Of a stretch of 64,000 nucleotides of DNA, positions 56,849-64,000 are shown in pieces. Source of the stretch: an uncultured Akkermansia sp. (GTDB taxonomy: Bacteria; Verrucomicrobiota; Verrucomicrobiia; Limisphaerales; UBA9464); contig CAYSGH010000017.1 of assembly GCA_964430505.1 (NCBI GenBank), positions 659 through 64,658 of the forward strand, given 5' to 3'. The position numbers and the translations under genes are program-made. The first letter of the stretch is position 1, and the number at the start of each line of letters is the position of its first letter. The notes under the pieces were generated by a model. The model saw nothing but the letters and a program-made list of their open reading frames with translations. It was not told where the DNA came from and did no database searches.

Positions 56849-59353
56849 TCATTCCTTTGAGAGCGACTCGTCGAGGTTGAGGACGGTGGAGGCGACGAGG
56901 GTCCATGCAGCCAGTTCGTGGGGAGGGACGCGGGAGGCGGGCTGTGCGTCGCCGGCCTTGAGGAGCTTTGCCGAGGCGTCGGGATGGGCGGCGAAGGTGG
57001 CGGCGTGGCGCGTGGCGGCGTCGAGGAGGATGCGGGCCTCGTGGGCGGAGGGCTTGCGGGAGAGGACGCGGAGGAAGAGTTGGTCGATGCGGGCGGCGGG
57101 GTCCGGGGAGGCGTTGCAGAGGGAGGCGGCGAGGATGCGTGCGGCCTCGACGAAGGCGGTGTCGTTGAGGAGGAGCAGGGCCTGGAGGGGGGTGTTGGTG
57201 CGAGGGGTGCGCACGGTGCAGACCTGTCGGGAGGCGACGTCGAAGAAGAGGGTGGGGCCGACGATGCGGCGCCAGAAGACGTAGAGGCTGCGGCGGTAGA
57301 GGGCGGCCCCGGAGTCGCGTTGGTATTTCTTGCCGCCGAACGTGGCCTCCTCCCACACGCCGTCGGGTTGATACGGCTTCACGGGCGGTCCGCCCACCTG
57401 CTCGACGAGGAGGCCCGAGGCGGCGAGCGCGACGTCGCGAAGCATCCACGAGGGCATGCGATGACGCGGGCCGCGGGCGAGGAGGCGGTTTTCGGGGTCG
57501 CGTCGGGCGGCGTCGCCGGAGACGCGGGAGGACTGTCGGTAGGTGGCGCTGGTGACGAGGAGGCGTTGGAGGGCCTTGATGTCCCAGCCCGAGGCGACGA
57601 GCTCCGACGCGAGCCAGTCGAGGAGTTCGGGGTGGGACGGGCGCTCCCCCTGGAGCCCGAGGTCCTCGGAGGTCTTCACCAGGCCGGTGCCGAAGAAGAG
57701 CTGCCATTGGCGGTTGGCGATGACGCGGGCGGTGAGGGGGTGGTCGGGGTGCAGCAACCAGCGTGCAAGGTCCAGGCGATTGGAGGCGGCGATGTTGGGC
57801 GACGGGGAAAGGGACTTGGGAAGCCCGGGGCCGGTCTTGGCTCCGGGCTTGTTGTACTGGCCACGTGCGAGCAGGAACGTGTCACGGGGCGCGGGCATGT
57901 CCTCCATGACCATGACGCGGGGGATGGATTGCTGGAGGGACCGGTGTCGGTCGTAGGCGGCCTGGAACGGCGGCAGGGTGGCGGCGTAGGCGGGGGCGAG
58001 CTTCTCGAAGTGGGCGTGGATCTTGCCGGCGTGGCCGGAGTTGCGCTTGCCGGGCTCGACGGCGAGGGCCTCGCGGACTTCCTTGGGCAGTTCCTTGAAG
58101 CCCGGGGCTTGGTCGATGGGCTGGCCGACGGGACGGGGAAAGAGAGGGGCCTCGGCGGCCGTGACGTCCGCGATGGTGCGATTCAGGGAACGCTGGGCAT
58201 CGTCGAGGGCGCGTTGAAGGCCGGGCTCGATGACGTCGAGGACGGGCGGCGTCTGGGGGTTGCCGCCGCCGCCATCGACGGCCGTGCGGTTGAACAAGGC
58301 GAGGAGCTGGAAGTAGTCGGACTGCGTGACGGGATCGAACTTGTGGTCGTGGCAGCGGGTGCAGTTGAAGGTTTGGGCGAGCCACACGGTGCCGACGGTC
58401 TCGACCTGGTCGAAGAGGTAGTCGATGCGGTTTTCCTCGGGGATACGGCCGCCCTCGCCGTTGATGGGATGGTTGCGGACGAAGGCGGTGGCGAGGCGTT
58501 GGTCGCGGGAGGGGGAGGGGAGGAGGTCGCCGGCGAGCTGCCAGAGGCTGAATTGGTCGAAGGGGAGGTTGCGATTGAACGCGGAGACGACCCAGTCGCG
58601 CCACGGCCAGGCGGTGCGCTCGCCGTCGCCTTGGTACCCGTTGGAATCCGCGTAGCGCGCGGCCTCGAGCCATTCCCACGCCATGCGCTCGCCGTGGCGT
58701 GGAGAGGCGAGCAGGCGGTCCACGACCCGCTCGTAGGCATCCGGGGCGGGGTCCTTGAGAAAGGCCGCGACGTCATGGGGGGCAGGGGGCAGGCCCGTGA
58801 GGTCGAGGGTCACGCGGCGCAGGAGGCTTGCGCGGGAGGACTCGGGGCTGGGGTTCATGCCCTCTTGCGAGAGGCGCGCCTGAACGAAGGCGTCGATGGG
58901 GTGACGCGTTTGGGCGGTGGACCGGGGTGGGGCGGGGCGTTGGACGGGCTCGTAGGCCCAATGTTGGCCCCAGGGGGCACCGGCCTGGATCCATTGGGAC
59001 AACAGGGCGCGCTGCGCGTCCGAGAGCGGCTTGTGGGCCGAGGGCGGTGGCATGACGTCGTCGGGGTCGTTCGACGTGATGCGCTGGACGAGCGCGCTGC
59101 GGCCTGGGTCGCCCGGGACGATGGCAGGCGCGCCCGACTTTCCCCCGGCACGGGCTCCCTCGGCGGTGTCGAGGCGCAACCCGCCCTTGCGCGAGGCGGC
59201 GTCTGGGCCGTGGCAGGCAAGGCAGTGGTCCGACAAGATGGGGAGGATGTCTCGGGAGAAGCGGGGGACGTCGGCGTGCGCGGCAAGACCCGAGGCCAGG
59301 GATGACACGAGGGACAGGGCGGCGATCAAACGGTGTGAAGTCGGCACGCGCAT
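56849..59353 (-). CDS. PSD1 / DUF1549 / DUF1553 protein with N-terminal planctomycete cytochrome-c domain
   Basis: 834 aa. Signal peptide, then ILPILSDHCLACHGPDAASRKGGLRLD (CxxCH). DUF1549 (IDAFV..RL..EG) and DUF1553 (FNCTRCHDHKFDP, LLLLND) blocks are present. Confidence 0.9.
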   Translation of the reverse strand: MRVPTSHRLIAALSLVSSLASGLAAHADVPRFSRDILPILSDHCLACHGPDAASRKGGLRLDTAEGARAGGKSGAPAIVPGDPGRSALVQRITSNDPDDVMPPPSAHKPLSDAQRALLSQWIQAGAPWGQHWAYEPVQRPAPPRSTAQTRHPIDAFVQARLSQEGMNPSPESSRASLLRRVTLDLTGLPPAPHDVAAFLKDPAPDAYERVVDRLLASPRHGERMAWEWLEAARYADSNGYQGDGERTAWPWRDWVVSAFNRNLPFDQFSLWQLAGDLLPSPSRDQRLATAFVRNHPINGEGGRIPEENRIDYLFDQVETVGTVWLAQTFNCTRCHDHKFDPVTQSDYFQLLALFNRTAVDGGGGNPQTPPVLDVIEPGLQRALDDAQRSLNRTIADVTAAEAPLFPRPVGQPIDQAPGFKELPKEVREALAVEPGKRNSGHAGKIHAHFEKLAPAYAATLPPFQAAYDRHRSLQQSIPRVMVMEDMPAPRDTFLLARGQYNKPGAKTGPGLPKSLSPSPNIAASNRLDLARWLLHPDHPLTARVIANRQWQLFFGTGLVKTSEDLGLQGERPSHPELLDWLASELVASGWDIKALQRLLVTSATYRQSSRVSGDAARRDPENRLLARGPRHRMPSWMLRDVALAASGLLVEQVGGPPVKPYQPDGVWEEATFGGKKYQRDSGAALYRRSLYVFWRRIVGPTLFFDVASRQVCTVRTPRTNTPLQALLLLNDTAFVEAARILAASLCNASPDPAARIDQLFLRVLSRKPSAHEARILLDAATRHAATFAAHPDASAKLLKAGDAQPASRVPPHELAAWTLVASTVLNLDESLSKE

Positions 59354-59642
59354 GCGACGGGTTCCAGAATGGGGGACGCCGGGGGATGTTGGGCAAGCCT
59401 AGGGAAGCGAGAGGTGCGAGACGGGAAGCGGGGATCGGGAGGGTTGCTGGGCCGTCTTGGCCCGGTTCGATGCCGCGAAGGCCGCCGTCTTGTCCGCGAG
59501 CCTTGGGTGGAGGAAATGGCCAAGGTGGGTGCCGTGGGTTGGGTTGATCGGCTTCGCGGGTCGCGGGGGACACCAGGCCCATGAAGGGCACCGGAAGCGC
59601 GGCGACCTTGCCAAGACTTCGTGTCGGGCGTTGGATGCCAGC

Positions 59643-60794
59643 ATGAGACGGGGGTTCCTTCTTCTTTGCCTTGCATTGGGGTGTTCTTTTGCCGGCGCCG
59701 TCCAAGCGGGCTCGCGTCAGGCGGCCATGACGTTGTCGTGCCTGTCGATCCGGGTGCGACCCGCGACGTTCGCGCCGCTCGGGTTCCAGTATCGACTCGA
59801 GTTCACGACGGCCGACGACGACACGGTCAACGACGAGATGTATCGGGCGGGCGGGACGGAGGAGGTGGGATCCAGCGCGGTGCTCCACTACCCGGGGTCT
59901 GAGGCGCTGGGTCCGATCGTGGCCTCGCTGGTGCTCAAGACGCCGATGGGGGGCGACCTCGACGTGGATGGGGTCACGGACTTCCTGCAGGTGAGCCGGG
60001 CGGTCCCCAACCTGACGTCCGCCGGGACCCTGGAGGTGGACGACGGGATGGACGTGAGCCGGGGGACGGTGGCGGCGACGTGGAATCGGGCGGCGGGAAG
60101 CGCGACGGGCACGGTCCAGTTGAAGGTGAGCCTGCCGGACTTCTCCATCCAGGACCTCGTGTTCACCCACGCGTTTGAAGTCTTCCAGTACACGGGCGTG
60201 CTCACCTACGACGTGTCGGGGACGAACATCGCCGCAAGCGTGGATCTGCCGCGCGAGGGCGGCGGGACTGGATTCCAGGGGCCGATGCCGATGGGGCGCA
60301 TCGACGCGGCGACGCTGGCGAGGCTGCCGGCGACGTGGACGGGGCCGGGGCAACTGGACTACGAGCCCATCGACACGTTTGGCCTCGAGGACGTCGAGAC
60401 GACGCTGAACTACATCGCCAAGGGCCTCTACATGGGGTTGGTGATTTTTGCCGACGGGGACCCTTCGACGCCGTTCGCGAACGAATATGACTTCTTCGAC
60501 GTCGTGATCCGCGACCCCAACGACGCGGACGGGGACGGGATCCCGGACTTGTCGGACGTTCCCGGCGCCGTCTTGCTGCGGCCGGGGATCACCATGCGGA
60601 TTGAGGGGGGACGAGCGCGGGCGACGGTGACGGGGACGGCCGGCGCGCGTTGCTGGGTGGAGCGTGCGGATGCCATCGAGGGCAATGGCTGGACGAAGGC
60701 GGCCGAGGTGGTCCTCGGGACGGCGGGAAGCGCCGAGGTGGACCTGGGCGCTTCGACGGGCGATGCGGCGTGGTTCCGGGCGCGGTGGCCATGA
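59643..60794 (+). CDS. Secreted hypothetical protein with Asp-rich Ca-binding-like motifs
   Basis: ATG at 59643 gives MRRGFLLLCLALGCSFAGAVQA. Contains DLDVDGVTDF and DPNDADGDGIPDLSD (thrombospondin-type-3-like). The terminal module of about 70 aa ends AAWFRARWP. Confidence 0.55.
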   Translation: MRRGFLLLCLALGCSFAGAVQAGSRQAAMTLSCLSIRVRPATFAPLGFQYRLEFTTADDDTVNDEMYRAGGTEEVGSSAVLHYPGSEALGPIVASLVLKTPMGGDLDVDGVTDFLQVSRAVPNLTSAGTLEVDDGMDVSRGTVAATWNRAAGSATGTVQLKVSLPDFSIQDLVFTHAFEVFQYTGVLTYDVSGTNIAASVDLPREGGGTGFQGPMPMGRIDAATLARLPATWTGPGQLDYEPIDTFGLEDVETTLNYIAKGLYMGLVIFADGDPSTPFANEYDFFDVVIRDPNDADGDGIPDLSDVPGAVLLRPGITMRIEGGRARATVTGTAGARCWVERADAIEGNGWTKAAEVVLGTAGSAEVDLGASTGDAAWFRARWP

Positions 60795-60959
60795 CGACGT
60801 GCTCGCCATCCTCCGGGGACGTTTTTGCCAGCCGATGGGCAACGCCCTGCTCGAGTCCGTAGAGAGGGCCATCCCACGAGCCAGCGGGCAGAGCCTTAAG
60901 GATTCGGTCGAAGTGCGGTTGTCCTGATCCAGCACGAGGCTCGGACGTTGAGCCGGAAA

Positions 60960-61733
60960 TCAGCGTTGCCGGTGATGAAGCCGCAGCCTGCGGGCGCAGG
61001 CGAAGGCGGCCAACGAAATGCCCGCCATCATCGCCCATTCCCGGGGCTCAGGAACCGATGAATGCGGGCCGGGAACCTGCCGGGTGTAGGTGGAGGTGCC
61101 TGCGGTGGTGCCAATCGTATCGAAGGAGTAGTCGAAGCTCGACAAGACGTTCACGCTTCCGGCGTACCCCGGTGGCAACGAAATCTGCCCTGTGAGATCT
61201 CCGGTGGCTGTGTAGCTGGGGCCATCCTTTGAGACGTCATTGGAGCCCTCCAGCCTTCCGGTATTCGACGTCGTCATGTTGCCGCCCCCCAGCCCGCTCC
61301 AGGAGAGGCTCACGCTGGGGGCTTGATCCCCCGGGATTGGGGAGATCCTAACGTCAATGGAGTAAGACACGGTCACTCGAATCTGTGGGGCAGCGGGCGC
61401 GGCCCCTTGCCTGACCCATCCATCCCCGGACGGAGGGGTCTCCACGAGCTGCAGCATGTAGGTCACGTTTGCATCGTTGCTGAAGTCGATCGTCTCGGCC
61501 GGTAGGCCTTGGGGATTGTACCTTTGGGGGATGAATTCCCAGATGAATGCACTGTAATCCCCGGTCAGGGGCTGGGGCACCCATTCCCAAGTGCCCGTGG
61601 CCGTTTCCGTCACGGTGTGGTCCGCCAGCAGGCGTTGTGGAAGCGCGTGTCCGAGGGCTAGGCACATGGCGGCCACGAGCACGGTTTTGCCTGGGATGGC
61701 GAATCGACGGGGTTGTAGCGGGGAAGGATTCAC
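60960..61733 (-). CDS. PEP-CTERM sorting-domain protein
   Basis: GTG start, with signal-like KTVLVAAMCLALGHA. The C-terminus VPEPREWAMMAGISLAAFACARRLRLHHRQR is a PEP-CTERM. Shares LVETPPSGDG / VTVSYSIDVRIS / TGDLTGQISLPPGYAGSVNV blocks with 63270..63983. Confidence 0.8.
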   Translation of the reverse strand: MNPSPLQPRRFAIPGKTVLVAAMCLALGHALPQRLLADHTVTETATGTWEWVPQPLTGDYSAFIWEFIPQRYNPQGLPAETIDFSNDANVTYMLQLVETPPSGDGWVRQGAAPAAPQIRVTVSYSIDVRISPIPGDQAPSVSLSWSGLGGGNMTTSNTGRLEGSNDVSKDGPSYTATGDLTGQISLPPGYAGSVNVLSSFDYSFDTIGTTAGTSTYTRQVPGPHSSVPEPREWAMMAGISLAAFACARRLRLHHRQR

Positions 61734-61972
61734 GATGGCGTTGGCCTGAGGCTGTTATGGGTCATGCGCGAGTTGTCAAGGCATGGTTAGGGGGGCATCC
61801 AGGCGCATCCGAAACCTCGTCCATCACGGGCCATGGCAGGCAGTGACGCCATGCCCCGGGCGATCGGCACGGCTGGGGCAAGGCGGCGGCACGCTCACGG
61901 ATCGGGGCGACCCTTTGCCATCGCGGGGGGGCTTCGCTGCGTGCAACCCAAGCGCCCCCTGCACGCGACGCC

Positions 61973-62860
61973 CTACTTGGGCGCAATCGCCCGCAGGCCC
62001 GCCTCCGTGCGGAGGTGGATGCTCCCGTTGGCGATGGCCGGGGCGCTGACCGTGTATTCGTTGAGCGGATTGCGCGCGAGCACTTCGAGCGTGGGCGGCG
62101 CCCGGACCACGACCGTGTTTCCTTGCCCCGTGGTGAAGGTAAGCAGTTCCAGGCACGAGGCCATGCCGTCGTCCCGAGTCGAAAACACCGTGCCGCCCAC
62201 GATCATCGGGTTCGGGCAATCCGTGGGAAAGCGCGTGGAGTTTCACAGGCGTCCTTCCGCCGGCATCTCGCCTTGGGCCCCCGCCTTCACCGCCGCCGTG
62301 TAACCCCGGTTACGGAATCCGGACGCCACCGCCACCCCCCCCCCATCGGCCGCCGTGGGCCCGGCAATCGTCCGTCCGTAGCGATGCGGAACGTCCAGCC
62401 CGGCCAGCCTCCAGAGGCGGTTGCCCGTGGCTGGGTCGCATGCGTCCAGGGCCTCCGCTCCGGCCACCACGAGCTCCATACGCCCGCCCCATCGACGCAG
62501 GATGGGCGTCGAGTAGGAGTCATTGCCCTCGTCCTTCGCCGGATAGCTGCGGTCCTTCTTCCACGTGTCCTTGCCCGTCTTGGCATCGAGCGCGAGCACC
62601 TGCCCATCAGGCTCTTGGTGCATGCCCGCCACGAACCATCGTCCGTCCTTCAACACGGTCGAGGGACCGAATTCGTGGTTCGTCTTCCATGTGCCAAACT
62701 CCTTCACGAGGTTGCGCCGCCACGGCACCGAGCCATCGACGCCGAGTCACGCCAGGTCGCCCGTGCCGGGCAACGCCCTAACGCGCTGGCCACGCGAGAA
62801 CGAGGGTGCACGGACCCTGCGGCGGTGGACGAGAACCTTGGTTTCCTGGACCGCCCGCTG
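61973..62860 (-). pseudogene. PQQ-like beta-propeller gene remnant (5'-truncated, in-frame TGA, frameshift)
   Basis: Minus-strand reading gives ...SFSRGQRVRALPGTGDLA*LGVDGSVPWRRNLVKEFG...LALDAKTGKDTWKK...CDPATGNRLWRL... (TGA at 62747-62749). After a frame change between 62243 and 62206 it continues as ...MIVGGTVFSTRDDGMASCLEL...APAIANGSIHLRTEAGLRAIAPK. There is no start or signal peptide. It is a paralog of 2035..3273. Confidence 0.7.
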
Positions 62861-62866
62861 TAGCGG

Positions 62867-63166
62867 ATGTTGCATGTGGCGTATCGCAAGAGGGGCAGGT
62901 TCATCGGCAGCGGCGTCGTGGAGGCAGCATGCCGGACGGTTGACGGCATGAGGCTCAAGCAGTCCGGGATGTTCGGATCGGAGGAAGGAGCGACCGGGGT
63001 CCTGGACTTCCTCACCCTGCTGCTGAGCGGACGCTTCGATGACTTCTGGATAGACCGTGCCAACGCCCACGCTGCGAGGAACGACGTTTCGACCCTCGTG
63101 GCCTCGGGGTCCGAACAACGAATCGGTCGTGCACCGGGTTACGGCGGGTGCAAAGATGGAGATTGA
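62867..63166 (+). mobile_element. C-terminal fragment of an ISKra4/ISLre2-type transposase
   Basis: MLHVAYRKRGRFIGSGVVEAACRTVDGMRLKQSGMFGSEEGATGVLDFLTLLLSGRFDDFW matches the conserved tail Y..y...g..IGSG.vEsa.k.....R.K.sGM.Ws..ga...l.lR....sg.w..fw. Only about 75 aa are present. The same frame continues upstream across a TAG at 62861-62863. Confidence 0.6.
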
Positions 63167-63269
63167 CATAGAATGAGGGGCACTTGCCTCACATCGCATG
63201 AAGACACCCTCCTTGAGACAGGCGAAGATCAACAACAACTGATCGCTCCGCTGGGTTGGAACCCTTGGC

Positions 63270-63983
63270 TTGGCTGGCATTCTGGCCTTGTCGATGACAG
63301 AGGCCGCCCATGATCAATCCACTGAGATCGTCTCCGTGCCCTACCACTGGGAGTATACCGTCACCGGCGGGACGAGCGCATCCGTCAGCATTCATGGGTT
63401 CTTTGCCAACACCTTGGGCGGGGGTGCATCGACCACTGACACACAGGGCTTCTCGGGCAATGTCTCGGTCCGTCTGGTCCATACTCCCCCGACCGACGGC
63501 ACGTTGATTGGCACCCTGCCGAATACCGTTTCCCTAAACGTGAGCGCCACGTACTCCGGCACGATCAGCCTGACGGTGCCGGACCAAGACACCACGGCTG
63601 CCGGCGGCGTTGGCCCGACAACCTTGAGCCTGTCGGGGTTCTCCTTCACAAGCTACGCCACCGACTCGTCGGTCAATTGGAACACCACGCAGTCCAGCAC
63701 CTTCTCGTTGGGAGATCAGGGGTCTCTCCCGTTCACGGGACAAATCACGGGGGTTGTCTATGCGCCGAGCCAATACACCGGGAATGTCTTCACGGATGGT
63801 ACCTTGTCCCTGAGCTTTTCCTTGCAGTCACCGTCCTCTGGATCCGTCAGCTACGAGGTCCCATGCTACTGCCCGCCCATTCCGCCGGGAGTTCCTGAAC
63901 CCGGAGAGTGGGGCCTGGCGTGCGCCGCCCCGCTGGTCCTGTGGGGCATCTTCAGGCGCGCTCGGTCATTCGCACGGGCTTAG
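63270..63983 (+). CDS. PEP-CTERM sorting-domain protein (possibly disabled: in-frame TGA within the ancestral signal peptide)
   Basis: The track ORF starts at TTG 63270. The C-terminus VPEPGEWGLACAAPLVLWGIFRRARSF is a PEP-CTERM. An ATG at 63198 in the same frame gives MKTPSLRQAKINNN-TGA-SLRWVGTLGLAGILALSMTEAAHD. Confidence 0.7.
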   Translation: MAGILALSMTEAAHDQSTEIVSVPYHWEYTVTGGTSASVSIHGFFANTLGGGASTTDTQGFSGNVSVRLVHTPPTDGTLIGTLPNTVSLNVSATYSGTISLTVPDQDTTAAGGVGPTTLSLSGFSFTSYATDSSVNWNTTQSSTFSLGDQGSLPFTGQITGVVYAPSQYTGNVFTDGTLSLSFSLQSPSSGSVSYEVPCYCPPIPPGVPEPGEWGLACAAPLVLWGIFRRARSFARA

Positions 63984-64000
63984 GCAAAGGTGATGCGGAA

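Noticed and set aside
60795-60959. Short protein-like reading on the minus strand (HFDRILKALPAGSWDGPLYGLEQGVAHRLAKTSPEDGEH) in the convergent spacer, possibly a gene relic.
   Set aside because: Only about 40 codons, no start or recognisable family. It continues out of frame into the PEP-CTERM gene. It cannot be supported without a database search.
63240-63242. The in-frame TGA read as selenocysteine.
   Set aside because: No convincing stem-loop immediately downstream, no selenoprotein-like context (it sits in the signal peptide n-region), and no sel genes in the window. Pseudogenisation or a base-call error is simpler.

Overview
High-GC chromosomal segment, read by eye with no tools, so all homology calls rest on motif recognition from memory. 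Gene content points to a Verrucomicrobiota / PVC-type genome: three prepilin-leader H-X9-DG proteins, a PSD1(DUF1549/DUF1553)+DUF1501 pair, PEP-CTERM proteins and a full MoxR/Bat aerotolerance operon. I support about 55 protein genes, one tRNA-Phe(GAA), two patches of decayed mobile DNA, three hairpin terminators and one heptamer purine repeat. No rRNA or CRISPR was seen.

Most of the window is housekeeping:
- pyrG
- a tight aminotransferase-glcDEF-permease glycolate operon
- moxR-DUF58-DUF4381-batABCDE
- bamA-skp
- ispD
- glgA-queE-aminotransferase-rsmA-DUF3592
- ygfZ
- lptF/G-mtnA

Genes are very often joined by 4-nt ATGA/GTGA overlaps.

Things worth a second look:
1. A same-strand surface cluster at 49.5-52.7 kb. 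It holds a small HPCxLC membrane protein, a PEP-CTERM protein, an H-X9-DA pseudopilin-like protein, and a secreted protein with choice-of-anchor-M/TIGR03769-like motifs.
2. A recurrent C-terminal module of about 65 aa ending in aromatic-aromatic-R-[LA], found on three otherwise unrelated secreted proteins.
3. An orphan antitoxin-like ORF wedged into the PSD1-DUF1501 pair, possibly translationally coupled to it.
4. A serine protease / jelly-roll / SirB1-transglutaminase-like fusion protein, flanked by an esterase and a PocR-AraC regulator.
5. A decaying lower-GC patch at 61-64 kb. Two divergent paralogous PEP-CTERM genes flank a triply damaged PQQ-propeller pseudogene and a transposase tail. 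One of the PEP-CTERM genes has an in-frame TGA inside its signal peptide.
6. Transposase debris next to tRNA-Phe.
7. A MoaD/ThiS-like ORF at the window edge that the ORF track misses.

The many 700-1100 aa antisense ORFs in the track are GC artefacts and were rejected.
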